A DNA stretch of 63,950 nucleotides, the filler included, from Octopus bimaculoides (Eukaryota), in the NCBI RefSeq assembly GCF_001194135.2. It is 4 parts of 4 records of this genome, joined end to end, with 100 filler letters (N's around TTAATTAATTAA, not from the genome) between each part and the next. Parts side by side here need not be neighbours in the genome. Positions count along the whole stretch, not along the records: positions 1 to 27,232 come from NC_068994.1; 3 more parts are not named here. The stretch is one strand, 5' to 3'. Positions 13,269 to 25,779 of the stretch are shown in pieces; positions within the stretch are counted from its first letter, which is position 1; every line of letters starts with the position of its first letter. The position numbers were made by a program, and so were the translations under genes. The notes under the pieces are model-generated. The model searched no databases. It was not told the DNA's origin and saw only the letters and a list, made by a program, of their open reading frames with translations.

Positions 13269-14399
13269 ATGTGCATGCATTTTATATATATATATATATA
13301 TGTACACCTTTGGTGGCTTATTTGATGATTTTAACTTTTGTTTCTAGCAAGCTGGTACTTCGTGTGCCCTGTATATATTATTTATCAATTATAAAATTTT
13401 ATTGATTAGTCATTTAACGGCATTATTGCATGCTGCCACTAATGTTATTATTATTATTGTTATTATTAATTATTTATACATTTACTGCTAATGTTAATAG
13501 TAATAATAATATCTATATGAATATGCATTTGAATATTCACACACACACACACACACATACACACACACACACACACACATGTATATATACTAGCAAATCT
13601 ACCCATCTACAATGGAGGCATAACATGAGGGAGGGAAGTCATAACAGCAGTATGTATTGAGAAATGTGTAAATAGACTTGATAGATTACTGGGTGATGTC
13701 TTAGAGAAATCACATTATTGTTGGTGATACAGCATTCTATTGCAGTTGTATGACATGTCTTTGCAACTAAGTGACATGTGATGACGATTCACTCACGAAC
13801 TGAAATAGGTTCCCATGAATGGTTATGTGGACCACTCCTAACGAAAGCCAAAGCTTCCTTCGACCACTACATAAAAAGTATTAAGAAAAAAAATGTCATT
13901 TAGGTAGACTTATATTTCAGTTGTTTGCACTGTTTTATGCTTGTTTATACTCTTATACATCCAAAATTCGCAAATTCGATAATATCAAAACTTTTTGATT
14001 ACAAAACTTCTTTGCAGACGATATTTTCTGTTTGGTCGACACTAATTTTCAGATTACTGGAGTCCGTTGCTCTACTCATAGCGACTAATAACTGGCCGTG
14101 TGTAAACATCGGAATAGATAAAAATACACCTACATGATCTAAAGTCTGGCCCTGTACCTTGTTTGCTATGAATGCGCNNNNNNNNNNTAAAAATACACCT
14201 ACATGATCTAAAGTCTGGCCCTGTACCTTGTTTGCTATGAATGCGCGAGCGGAATCTTTCGGAATTTGCCCATCTACGATGGGAAATAAAGGGATAACAT
14301 CGCAAATGTTAGGGGCAGGGAATCGAGAGTTAATCCTCGTCGCTGAGGTGATTTATTAATACAAAACTCAATATCCACTAAAAAATCACACTTTTTCAC

Positions 14400-14540
14400 A
14401 TTTTTTTTTCGCTAAAAACCTTCCTGATTATCTCCTTCGTAATCCCGAAAAACACCGTGACCATTGATCCAGCCGTTTGACCATGAAAAGGGAACAGACT
14501 GACAGACAGACAGACATAACACCCATTATAGTAAGATGCA
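14400..14540 (+). mobile_element. possible non-autonomous Helitron/Helentron-like 3' end
   Basis: GATCCAGCCGTTT...(ACAG)n...ATTATAGTAAGAT resembles the 3' architecture of Lep1/HINE-type elements. Confidence 0.35.
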
Positions 14541-14628
14541 CAAATAAATACATAAGCGCAAAAAGACACACACATACATACAAACATCTATATATATCTA
14601 CACACACACACACATACGTACATGCATG

Positions 14629-14663
<35 letters not shown>

Positions 14664-15908
14664 CACACACACGCACAAACTCGTATAGCTTTTTATGGCA
14701 TGGAGTGGAAGGGTGTATCGCAGTGTGAACCTTAGTATATAACAATGAAAATAACACCGTCGACAGCAACAATAACATTAATTGAATGACCATAGACAAG
14801 GTTAAGACACACACAATACACACATACACACACACGCGCACACATATATAATACACAGACACGCACACATAGAATAACAAACGCAGCACACACACACACA
14901 CACACATTTACGCACACATTTACACACAATAACGAAGGCAGACACGCGCACAGTGCGCTAGTCCCAGACCAGCATGCCCCATTTAGGAAACGACGAATGC
15001 GACATCTGTGAAATGATGAATGATATAGCACGGTTCACATTTATTTATTCCTCTATTTATTTATTTGTTTATCGCTATATTCACTCATTCATTCATTCAT
15101 TAATCCAGTCATTCTCACCCTACCTTCTCACCCTAGGGGGGTGTTTTCTGATTATAGGGTTGCGCATCGCGCAAAGATCATGAACAGATGGTTCCCTTGA
15201 ATAAAAAGTACAATTATGCTATAAAAGATTTGCTGTGCCGAGCTTGTTTTGCTTGAGTAGACAACAAAGCGAAAGATTCTTTTTATTCATTTATTTATTT
15301 TTTCGAAATATAATGTATATTATATTATAAAGAGAAAGAAAGAGAAAATGCTGGACACAAACCAACATTTATCTCTCTCCTCTATTTATTTATTTATTTA
15401 TTTTTCTGTGTCCTTTTCATTCTTTCCCCCCAGGTTTTTTCTTTTTTTTTCTTTCTTGTTCCCTCTAAGTGTCAAGAATCATGTGACAGACAAAGAAATC
15501 TATATACGAAATAAGTAAATTTAGTCCCCCACCACTCTTCTTTTACGTTTAAGCGTCATGTAAATTATTTGTGTGCCACGTATGGGAGTGAATGCTCGTA
15601 AAGGTAGCTTATTCTGTGAGCTGAAGAAAGGAAAGCATTTTAGAGTGGAAACTAAGCCGTTCTGTTTCCCAGTTAAAGCTATTTATATACACTTCACTAA
15701 AGTGTATCACGTTTGTGGGAAAGGCATGAACCTCACGAATCCCATTTTCTTATCCCAACCCAAGAGATGGACGGTAATTCGGAAACAACTGCCTAATGAA
15801 AATTTATGATCTCTGTGTATGATGTCTGTACACGTACATACATGCATACATGTATGTACGTATGTATGTATGTATGTATGTATGTATGTATGTATGTATG
15901 TATGTATG

Positions 15909-16196
15909 ATGATTGACTACCAGGCCGCTGGTGATGATGCTACACACCATACTAGTCATGTCTGTCGGGCATGTGGAAGGGAGTGTGATTCAGCAGGAGG
16001 ACTTAAACGACACGCAAAGGTACATGAAACCCAATTACAACAACAGCCAGCTACTGCCAGCAAAGGTTTTGGATGCCAACTCTGTGAAAGACATTGTAGA
16101 TCTTTGGCTGGGCTAAAAAGTCACATTCGATCACAGCACCGTTAAGTTAAGCTTCGTGCAATGGCCATACTCGATAACGAGGGTGCAGCCATCATG
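15909..16196 (+). mobile_element. 3' end of an RTE-like LINE encoding two C2H2 zinc fingers
   Basis: CRAC-x12-HAKVH and CQLC-x12-HIRSQH*, a short 3' UTR, then a (TGTA)n tail. 5'-truncated against (TATG)n. No TGEKP linker. Confidence 0.6.
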
Positions 16197-16230
16197 TATG
16201 TAAGTATGTATTATGTATGTATGTATGTAT

Positions 16231-16554
16231 CAAAGGTACAACAGAAAGAACACAACAAACGGAAACCAACAAAACACAACGCGCAGAAAAATAGACGATA
16301 ATACGACAAACGGCAAACAGGACAAAAACAAGATACACGGATAATTCGCAGCCGATTTGCTCATCAGTCGGAGTCTGGAAAGTCCTTGTAGTTTTGCCCA
16401 CTTATCTCCGATACTACTCGAATCCGGTGGCTGCCAGGGACTTAAGCTAAAAGTATTAAGCCTCTGGGAAAGGCAAACGAATGTATACAAGAACGAAAAC
16501 AGGAACAGAAACAAAAGCGAGGAAGCTAGAATTATACACGTACAACAGAACGCC
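16231..16554 (-). mobile_element. retrozyme-like ~304-nt element inside a (CATA)n array
   Basis: 11-bp direct repeat GTACAACAGAA at 16236-16246 and 16540-16550. Internal hammerhead motif. Non-coding and pyrimidine-skewed on the minus strand. Confidence 0.5.
16338..16426 (-). ncRNA. type III hammerhead ribozyme motif with a degenerate stem III
   Basis: Minus strand reads CGGATTCGAGTA-GTA-TCGGAG-(32 nt)-CTCCGA-CTGATGA-GCA(AATCGGC)TGC-GAA-TTATCCG. The 6-bp stem I is in exact register and CUGAUGA is perfect, but A15.1 is replaced by U. Confidence 0.55.
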
Positions 16555-17239
16555 TATGTATGTATGTATGTTTGTATGTATGTATGTATGTATGTATGTA
16601 TGTATGCATGCATGCATGTATGTATGTATGTATGTATGTGTGTGTGTATGTATGTATGTATGCATGTATGCNNNNNNNNNNGCATGTATGTATGCATGTG
16701 TATGTATGTATGTATGTATGTATGCATGTATGCATGTATGTATGTATGTATGTATGTATGTGTGTGTATGTATGCATGCATGTATGTATGTAATACACAT
16801 GCATATGCTAAAGTAAGTCGATGTTTGTGTATGCATGTATGCATATATGTATGCACATGTGCATGCATACATATACATTCACACACATAAACATGCTAAT
16901 GTAAGTTAATGTGTGTATGTTGGTATGTGTGTACGTATGTATGTATGTATGTATGTATGCATGCATGTATGTGTGTGTATGGTGTATGGTGTGTGTGTAT
17001 GTGTGTGCGGCGCGTGCTTGCGTGCGTGCGCGCTTGTGTTGATATACCGCAAGGTAATGAGACGCACTTCATGATGGTAAGTTTCCAGGTTCGTTTCCAG
17101 GTTCTTTCCTTCCTTAATTGCATCTAAGTAAGAGTGGTTTACCCTAGCTTGTAGTCGACCAAAGCCTTGAGAATAAAACTGGGCAGACAGAAACTATGGA
17201 AATTGTCGTATAACTTGTGTCAATAATTTGAATTGCTAG

Positions 17240-17400
17240 CCTAGTCACACAGAATGTCACACTGAATCCCCCTGAGAATTACGTTAACTGTGCATGTGTC
17301 TTTGGCGTACCACTTACGTGTTAATAAGAGGAAGCAGTCCTGTTGTTCGAACAAGTCGAATACACGTTGTCGAAACCGACGGAGGATCCATTCGCTTACA
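17240..17400 (+). repeat. dispersed SINE-body fragment
   Basis: TGTCACACTGAATCCCCCTGAGAATTACGTTAA matches TGTCACACTGAATCTCCCTGAGAACTATGTTAA near 63188. Confidence 0.55.
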
Positions 17401-17493
17401 AGTGTCTCTGCTTAAGAGAGGGTGTGCACAGCTCTGTTTTTAATTTACATAAATTTGAATGGTTAAAATCTGTAAAAGCATAAATTTTCAGGT

Positions 17494-17760
17494 GCAGGCA
17501 TGGTTGCATGGTAAAGTTTGCTTCCCAACCACATCGTTTAGAGTTCAGTCTCACTGTGCGGCACCTTGAGCAAGTGTCTTCTACTATTTAACCCCAGGCC
17601 ATTCAGAGCCTTGTGAGTGGACCTGGTAGACGGAAACTGAAAGAATATCGCAGTATATAAATGTGTGTGTGTGTGTGTGTGTGTGTATGTTTGTCCCTAT
17701 CACCACTTGACAACCGTGCTGGTGTGTTTACTTCCACAGCTTGGCAGCTGTCTTATGACT
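17494..17760 (+). mobile_element. tRNA/CORE-like SINE family B
   Basis: Head GCAGGCATGG...GGTAA, B-box-like GAGTTCAGTCTC, CORE-like CACCTTGAGCAAGTGTCTT, then (GT)n. Homologous to 41008-41097 and 57272-57431. Confidence 0.75.
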
Positions 17761-19185
17761 GAAACAATAAAAGAAAATGTCTTAATCTTCTGGTCCATGC
17801 TATAGCGCTCTCGATAGCATTGTGATGTGTGATGTGTACCTTAGCCATAAATATAACAGGGCATCAATAATAGCTTAAGAAGTATATTATCAGCGTCAGT
17901 TGTCCAGTTGGCCATCAACAATCTCAGTTTTTCGAGATATATTAATGAGTCAAATAAAGTTTTGTTGTTAAAAATAAAATAAGAAAAATAAGATAGAAAC
18001 AAAAGCAATTTACGGAATCTTTTCGTAAACATACTGACATGAAAATCGTTCTTGTCATAAAAGTGATATTTAATATTATCTCTCTTTCCGAGTCAGGCAG
18101 AAATGGCGCACGAGAAAAGAAATTGTTTCTTTATAAAACTATTCTTTCGATGGAAATAATCAGATACGATAATTTGTAAAGTGTTTTTGTTCGTGATCAC
18201 ATAAATAGAGGCAAACTAAATGGATAGATGGAGAGAGAAAGTGAATGACAATCAGAGAGATTAAATATAGGTGACGGAAAAATGATAGAATTGTAGTTAC
18301 AGCGCACTGTAGTGAGAGGTTTTTGCAAAATGCTAGAGTAGCCATTTTGATCAAAATGAAACGGCAATTTTTTTCACCGTAAATATTGCGAAAAATGTAT
18401 TTTCATTTAATTTCATAATGTATATTCAAAAGCCAAAANNNNNNNNNNNNNNNNNNNNNNNNNNNNNNNNNNNNNNNNNNNNNNNNNNNNNNNNNNNNNN
18501 NNNNNNNNNNNNNNNNNNNNNNNNNNNNNNNNNNNNNNNNNNNNNNNNNNNNNNNNNNNNNNNNNNNNNNNNNNNNNNNNNNNNNNNNNNNNNNNNNNNN
18601 NNNNNNNNNNNNNNNNNNNNNNNNNNNNNNNNNNNNNNNNNNNNNNNNNNNNNNNNNNNNNNNNNNNNNNNNNNNNNNNNNNNNNNNNNNNNNNNNNNNN
18701 NNNNNNNNNNNNNNNNNNNNNNNNNNNNNNNNNNNNNNNNNNNNNNNNNNNNNNNNNNNNNNNNNNNNNNNNNNNNNNNNNNNNNNNNNNNNNNNNNNNN
18801 NNNNNNNNNNNNNNNNNNNNNNNNNNNNNNNNNNNNNNNNNNNNNNNNNNNNNNNNNNNNNNNNNNNNNNNNNNNNNNNNNNNNNNNNNNNNNNNNNNNN
18901 NNNNNNNNNNNNNNNNNNNNNNNNNNNNNNNNNNNNNNNNNNNNNNNNNNNNNNNNNNNNNNNNNNNNNNNNNNNNNNNNNNNNNNNNNNNNNNNNNNNN
19001 NNNNNNNNNNNNNNNNNNNNNNNNNNNNNNNNNNNNNNNNNNNNNNNNNNNNNNNNNNNNNNNNNNNNNNNNNNNNNNNNNNNNNNNNNNNNNNNNNNNN
19101 NAGAAATCGTTTTTGTTCCACCTCTGCCTCCACCTTATCCTCCTGCTCCTGCTCCTGCTCCTCCTCCTCATCATCATCACTACCA

Positions 19186-19258
<73 letters not shown>

Positions 19259-19259
<1 letters not shown>

Positions 19260-19357
19260 GGCGACGAGCTGGCAGAATGTTTGTATGTATGTATGTATGT
19301 ATGTAATCAGTTAGTCCCCTCCACCAAATTTCAGGCCTTGTGTCTATAGCAGAAAGG
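19259..19357 (+). mobile_element. SINE family A remnant: head and tail only, centre replaced by (TATG)n
   Basis: AGGCGACGAGCTGGCAGAAT + (GTAT)n + CCCCTCCACCAAATTTCAGGCCTTGTGTCTATAGCAGAAAG. Confidence 0.7.
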
Positions 19358-19359
19358 AA

Positions 19360-21519
19360 CCGGCGCTACCGCTTCGAGATAAACTCCACAGGCACAGGTG
19401 TGCTGTCAAACAAACTTGTCCAACTTCTACTGGGCACTCTACTCCGATTTCCTGTATATTCCCCTTGATGCCGTCTGATACTGTTCCCAAGGGCCCAACA
19501 ATAATTGGCACTATCTTCATAATATAATAATATCCGGTTTATTAGCTTTTATAGTTTTGTCGGTATGTATGGGGAAGTCCCAGAGAATCGACACCACAAC
19601 TTCAAGATGGTGTTTATACCATTTGTCAGCGGTTTTGATTTTATAATGTCGACATATTGTCCAGTGTAAATAATGGCCGACTCTGTCATGTCTTACTTTA
19701 TATTCTACAGGTGCTAAGACTCTATATCCTGAGATTAGATGGTCTATAGTTTCAATCTCATCGTTACAGAATCGGTATTGTGGGTCAGCTCCATTTTTTA
19801 TCACATTGGCTTGGTAGTTCCGGGTTAATAAGCTTTGGTCTTGAGCAGCTAATATGAAACCTTCACTCTCTGCGTGTATTTCTGATCGACATCTTGCCAT
19901 GCAAAGGTTTCTGTTCCTATCTGCTAGCTAATTTTTCATGTGCTTTTGTCTTTGCAATTAATTTTATTTTCTTTGCAGCAGCAGTTGGCGCATTTCCTTC
20001 AACCTGATCAAGCTGGTGGGTATCTAAGAGATCAGTAGCGAATTTTTTGCTCTTTTTCAGGATAGAGTGAAGCTTTTTCGGTCTTTCACGTTTTTCAACA
20101 AGCTTTAGCATCCAATCGTTGGTTGTTTCAAGGTATTTGACCAGTCCGATTGTGGTGGCTTTGTACGTAAGTTCAAGCTGGATCAAGCCTCGACCTCCCT
20201 GAGCTCTTGGAAGGTAAAGACGATCCACGTCTGCCTTTGGATGGTGCATCTTATTACAAGTCGGCAGCTTGCGGATTTTTCTATCAGTTTTCATTATTTC
20301 ACTGGTATTCCAGTTAAGCACATTGAAGCTATAAAGAACAACTGGGACTGCTAAGGAATTTATGGCTAACACCTTATTATATGCATTCAGCTCAGATTTC
20401 AGAACTGCTCGAACTCTTCTATAACATTCCTTCCTAACCTTCTCTTTCATGCTTGCATGCTGGATACCAGAGCCTTCATTTATTTCTAGGTATTTCTAGG
20501 TTTGTCCTGCTCAAGTTCCTCTATTACTGTTTCGACATCTAATTCTACTGAACTTGACTTTACCAGTTTCCCTTTCTTAAAAGTGGCTTTGGCACACTTT
20601 TCAAGGCCAAACTCCATCCCGATATCATTACTGAATCCTTTCACAGTATGTAGTAGTCCTTCAAGCTCTTCATCATGGAGTGCAATACTCCAATAGAATG
20701 ATATAATTGGAGCTTCGTGTTCCATAGTGACATATTATACTTTAAAAAATCTGAAATCACAGGAGAAACTTTGAAAATGTCCAGCGATTTCAGAATCCAC
20801 GAATGTGGTATGCTGTCAAAGGCTTTTTTTATAATAAATCCATGAAGAGCTGAGATTTCTGCGCTTGTTATAGCAGTTTTCAAGGATCATGCGATTAATT
20901 AGAAGCTGATCTTTGCATCCGTATGAGCCTCGTCTGCATCCTTTTTGATAAGTGGGAAAGAGGTTACTCTCTTCCATAAACGTATATGTTGTTTCCACTA
21001 GAATAGATGTCAAAATCTTATAGGTAGTAGACAAACATGTTATAGGCCGGTAGTTTTTTTTATCTTTGGTTTCGTTATTTTTCGGGAGGAGGTAAGTAAT
21101 ACCATTTGCCATCCAATGGGGAGTTTTTCTGTGTCTTTCATAATACTTTTAAATAGTATTACTAACATTTTGTGTGCGGACGAGAGTGATGAGAGCCAGA
21201 AATTTGGTACTCTATCAATACTACGGGATTTCCACTTGTGAGCCTTCGTTAGTGCCCTCCTTCGGTTGGCGATTGAGATGTCTTCCCATACCTGTTCTTG
21301 TAGATTTTTGTAGGCACCTTGGGTGCGTTTGATTCAGTCTGTATTTTCATTGCATAGTTTCTCATCACTCCAGATCCCTTTCCAAAAGTTTTCAACTTCT
21401 TCCATTAGGGATGGATTTTCAATAGTTATTTTTTCTTTCCCTATTTCCCTATAAATGATTTGGCATTGGATTTGAACATCTTATTTTGCTTGTAGAATTT
21501 GATTCTTTTCTCAAATAAA

Positions 21520-21586
<67 letters not shown>

Positions 21587-21800
21587 TTATCATTATTATC
21601 ATTATTATCATTATTTCGATTGCTGGCCTATTCAGACGCATTTCACTTTGTTCATAAAGTTAAAAACGATTGTTTGTTTATCCTGTAGGGATTTGTTTTT
21701 CTGAAAAGTTCTTGTTAATTCTTTTACAGAGTGAATAAAGATTCCAGTGAGTTGGTTGGTTGCTTTTTTTCTAGTTTTAGAAAAGCAAAAACATTTCCAA
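19360..21800 (-). mobile_element. R4/Dong-like non-LTR retrotransposon (RT, zinc knuckle, RLE), frameshifted and internally deleted
   Basis: NYRPITCLST, QKGCRRGSYGCKDQL, KKAFDSIPHSWI, CAK, HPKADVDRLY, AAQDQSLLTRNY, RHDRV, KPDI, VPIIVGPLG. Confidence 0.9.
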
Positions 21801-24121
21801 AACATTTACATTAAAGACGGTAGTAGTTTTAACAGCTAACCATCAAAAAGTGTTTTCAGAAGAGATTGTCATTGAGAGCTCACCTTCCTCGGTTTGACGT
21901 TGTTTATTGAGGAGCGAAGGAGGAGTGACAATAGCTACTCCGCAGTAATAGCGCGCCGAGTAACAGCGATAACAACTCAGGCTACGCCTGTAATATACCA
22001 GATAATACCGCCAACACTTACTACCTGCAAAAGCAAAAAAAAAAAAAAAAAATGATATGATCCAACACAAAATTTTTAAAAACAGCAACAGTGAAAATAA
22101 AAGCAAAAAAAAAAGATTACTAAATTCAATGCCAAATTGGCTTGCAGCGACATCGCCACTGACATTGTAACGGAAACAATCAATAAAATTGATCATCAGC
22201 ATTAACAGCAGCTCTATCACCACTACTACCACCACTACAAACATTACCGAGTACAACACTTTTAGCATCACATCGCCACTAATGTCCCTTGAAACAAAAA
22301 TAGCATTTCGCAGCTTCTACTCAAACGTGGATCCAGCACTCGTTGGCAGGCAAGACTGACCTCAAAGCCCAAACGCAAAAGAATTGCTTAACAAAACCTA
22401 ACTTGCTTTAGTTCCTGATAATCATATAAATGATATTCACAAAAGGCCCTTGCGACATTTGCGTCAATCAATTCCATCTCAGGAAAGTGTATGCAGAAAG
22501 TGGATGATCTTTCAAGGCACGTTTGTAGTCACTGAGATGTGTAGCCAATATGTCAGATTCTAAACACCTCGCACATTTGTTGAAGGTAGTTTCAACTGTC
22601 TGATAAGTACGTCTAGATTTATCGAATGTGCTACTGTCAACTTAATGTAACAGCTTCACTTCATCCAGATTGCATATAGACAGAGTCATTGTTAGGTTAA
22701 CGTAGAAGTATACCGTAGGATGTTCACAGTATTTGGTTATAGCGGTATTTGGTTATAGCGATTAAAAGCCTGAAAGATGTATTGTCAACTTTGATAAGAT
22801 ATAGACAGAGATCTGCTTACTGGAAATGTACACAGCGTTCCCAACACAGTAAGCTTACAAGGATCGGATTAGCAGCTTAGGTAAAAGATTACATGCGATA
22901 TTAATTACCAGCAGCAGATAGTGAATCCCATTGAAGAGAATGATAAGAGTCTATAAAATACATGAAGTTTGTGGTACTAGAAATCAATAAATAATACAGG
23001 TGAGAGTTAGTAGACAATTTAGGAAGAATGTCCCGAAAAGTCGATAATGTTAGTTGAGATACGGAGGTGCCGAATAGTTTTGTGAAGAGTTGCACTGGAT
23101 ATAGATGGCTTATACTTTATATACCGTACTTGCTCTTTATGGTTTTGGAAAGCGTTTGTCGTATTTGGGATTGATTGTGAGAATTCCATTCGCATTTGCC
23201 TGAGTCGAGATGTAGTGGTGCTGCAGAGGAAGAATATGAACAAGAGAGGGGGAAAAATCATTTTAGATGCATAAGTTTGTATAATTTAGAGCGGTGGTGC
23301 TTTCAAAAGCTCTTAGTGTTGGTACCAAACAGACTGCCTGTAGATATGTTCAGAACAACCTCCTTGTCATGGAGGCTCTGGTGTATATAGTTTTGTTTTG
23401 ATTTATTGATAGGTTTGACCGTCGCTAACTTTAAGCATGATTAATTTTGATCCGGTTTTAAGATACTAGGTAGCTTCTGTGTACAGAGACAACAAGGGGT
23501 GGCCAGTTTTAATAAGACCTATTGGAACCACCCATAGTATTCCTTCTCATCATTCTTTCAGCTTTTCATTTGAGTCATTGCTACGATGATTAGTTATGTT
23601 GCAAGGTATTCTGTTGGACTTAAAATACATGTGAGTTGTGTCAGTATACGCTGTCGACATCACCGTTATGCTGCCAGACATCTCAGCAATTGAGAAACGA
23701 CGTCACCTCAAGATGTCTCCTTGGTGATTAACACAAGTTAAATGGGTGTCAAAATATTTAATTGATGGAACTCTGCAGAGTTTTATTACTATAACTTTAG
23801 CGAAATCCTATACACTAAGCTAAAAATCTTGCTGTCTCCGCCCATAACGCTACTAGTGTTTTGGTGTATCTTGGTCAGTTGGTGACCCTCCTCACCACTT
23901 ATAAATTTCTATTGCATTATATAATTTGTACCAAGTCACTGTTGGTATATATATACAGGTATATGGTTGGTACATTTGGAGACAACTCAGCTTCGATGTA
24001 TAAGTATATAAAAACAAATATCCTTTTTTAGACGAGCGTAGTTTCGATCTACGGACATCTAGGTTATGGGTCTAGTCCGCTTCCACTGTTCCACTCTGTT
24101 CGGCGAATGTCTTACCAAATA

Positions 24122-24291
24122 CAGTAATCTCTCGACTATCGCGAGTGTTACGTTCCAAAACCTCCCACAGAAATAATTAAAATCTAAAAAATATATAGAT
24201 ACCTATCGATCGCAGAAACTCGTGATATACTAAAAATCCGCGATGTACTGAGTGCGCGATAGGTGAACCGCGATATCGTGAGGGATTGCTG
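24122..24291. mobile_element. Tigger/pogo-like MITE (170 bp), opposite orientation to the 4.2 and 6.8 kb copies
   Basis: TA TSD. TIRs CAGTAATCTCTCG / TGAGGGATTGCTG. Confidence 0.75.
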
Positions 24292-24886
24292 TATACACCG
24301 TATTATTTCTTATATTGCCTGTTATGAGTTCCATTACTTTTATTGCATCATATGTTATTTATCTATCTACTTATTTTTATGCATTGGACTGATTCAAATG
24401 TAGAAATGTAGCAACCTCGCAATACATGCTCCAGCACTGGGATGTTATTTACTTACTGGACGTTTCACTCCGCTATTACTCTGAGGGCTACACTTGATAA
24501 ACCACGTACATATATTTATGGGTAGCAAATTTTTCTGGGTGTCTCTTCATTTGTTATTTTCAGGTCTACCAAAAAAAAAAAAAACAAACAAAAAAAAACC
24601 TAATTCTACAAATGTTTTCCCGGCACAACATAGCAAGTGAACTTGCTAGTATTCATAACGCGGGGGAAAACATACGCCGGTGGAAAACAAAAGCAAAAAA
24701 ACTCAATGTTATATGTTCTCTAGTATGTGGTATAGTTGAGTGTGGTACTGTACATTTGGTAAGTGTTTCGTGAACTAATTTCAACTTACCTTTGGAGAAA
24801 GAAAATTGGACATTAGGGAAAAAAGTGTTGCTGAAAACATTGTGTCTAAGCCGCGTAAAAGGCAGAACGCTTGGAAGATGAAATTG

Positions 24887-25088
24887 GTTTCAAAATTTGG
24901 CACAAGGTCAGCAATTTCGGGGGAGGGATAAATCGATTCATCGACCCCAGTACTTACTTTAACGAACTCGAAAAGATGAAAGGTAAATTCACCCTCGGTG
25001 GAATTTGAACTCAGAACGTAAAGACGGACGAAATTCCACTAAGCATTTTGCCCTGCTTGCTAACAATTCTGCTAGCTCACCGCTTTAA
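24887..25088 (-). mobile_element. SINE family A, full length with ~16-bp TSD
   Basis: TSD TTGGAAGATGAAATTG (24871-24886) / TTGGAGGATGTAATTG (25089-25104). Confidence 0.85.
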
Positions 25089-25431
25089 TTGGAGGATGTA
25101 ATTGAAATGAATTAAACGGTGTGTCACATATGCACCCTTCAAATAAAATCTTAAGAAATGTTTCTAAATCACTTTTCTATTGTTAACACACAAGAATAGG
25201 TTTAAAACTGATGACTGAAATTTCTCTTATTTTTCTACTTGTAACCCCAATTCTTCAGAGGAACATTTCACACACACTAACACGTAGATGCTTCTATCTT
25301 AACACGAGGGAGCACCTACATGGTTGCTCGACAATGTAGATGTCTCTTCATCAGCCAAACCTTCATCAAACCACATCTACCGTCAGTTGTTTTCTAGTTT
25401 AGTAGCAGAACGAAACTAAAGTAAAATATTG

Positions 25432-25630
25432 GTTTGACATTTTGGGACAAGGCCAGGAATTTGGAGGAAGGGTGCTAGTCGATTATATTGACCCCAGGGT
25501 TTAACTGGTACTTAATCTATCGATCCAGAAAGGATGAAAGGCAAAGTAGACCTCAGCGGAATTTAAACTGAGAACGTGCAGACAGACGAAATGCCCGGCG
25601 TGCTAACGATCCTGCCAGCCTGCCGCCTTT
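25432..25630 (-). mobile_element. SINE family A, full length with 17-bp TSD
   Basis: TSD ACTAAAGTAAAATATTG (25415-25431) / ACTAAAGTGAAATATTG (25631-25647). Confidence 0.85.
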
Positions 25631-25748
25631 ACTAAAGTGAAATATTGATGGAAGAAATCCAAACAGAAACGACAACGATAAAAAATATACTCAGTTTCTG
25701 AATTAGCGCTGCTTCATACATACACGCATGCATACATACACGCATGCA

Positions 25749-25778
<30 letters not shown>

Positions 25779-25779
<1 letters not shown>

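Noticed and set aside
14119-14246. 59-bp direct repeat on either side of a 10-N gap
   Set aside because: An exact duplication across a minimal gap is an unmerged contig overlap.
15819-16145. Host C2H2 zinc-finger gene
   Set aside because: No splice context or TGEKP linker, microsatellite-bounded, with a retro-type tail. An RTE 3' end is the better explanation.
22400-23450. Possible degraded LINE coding region on the minus strand
   Set aside because: Short open stretches, but no RT, endonuclease or knuckle motif that I could identify.
25325-25360. CTGATGA followed by a GAC/GTC hairpin on the minus strand
   Set aside because: Followed by GAGC rather than GAAA, with no stem III. It lies in SINE-like sequence.
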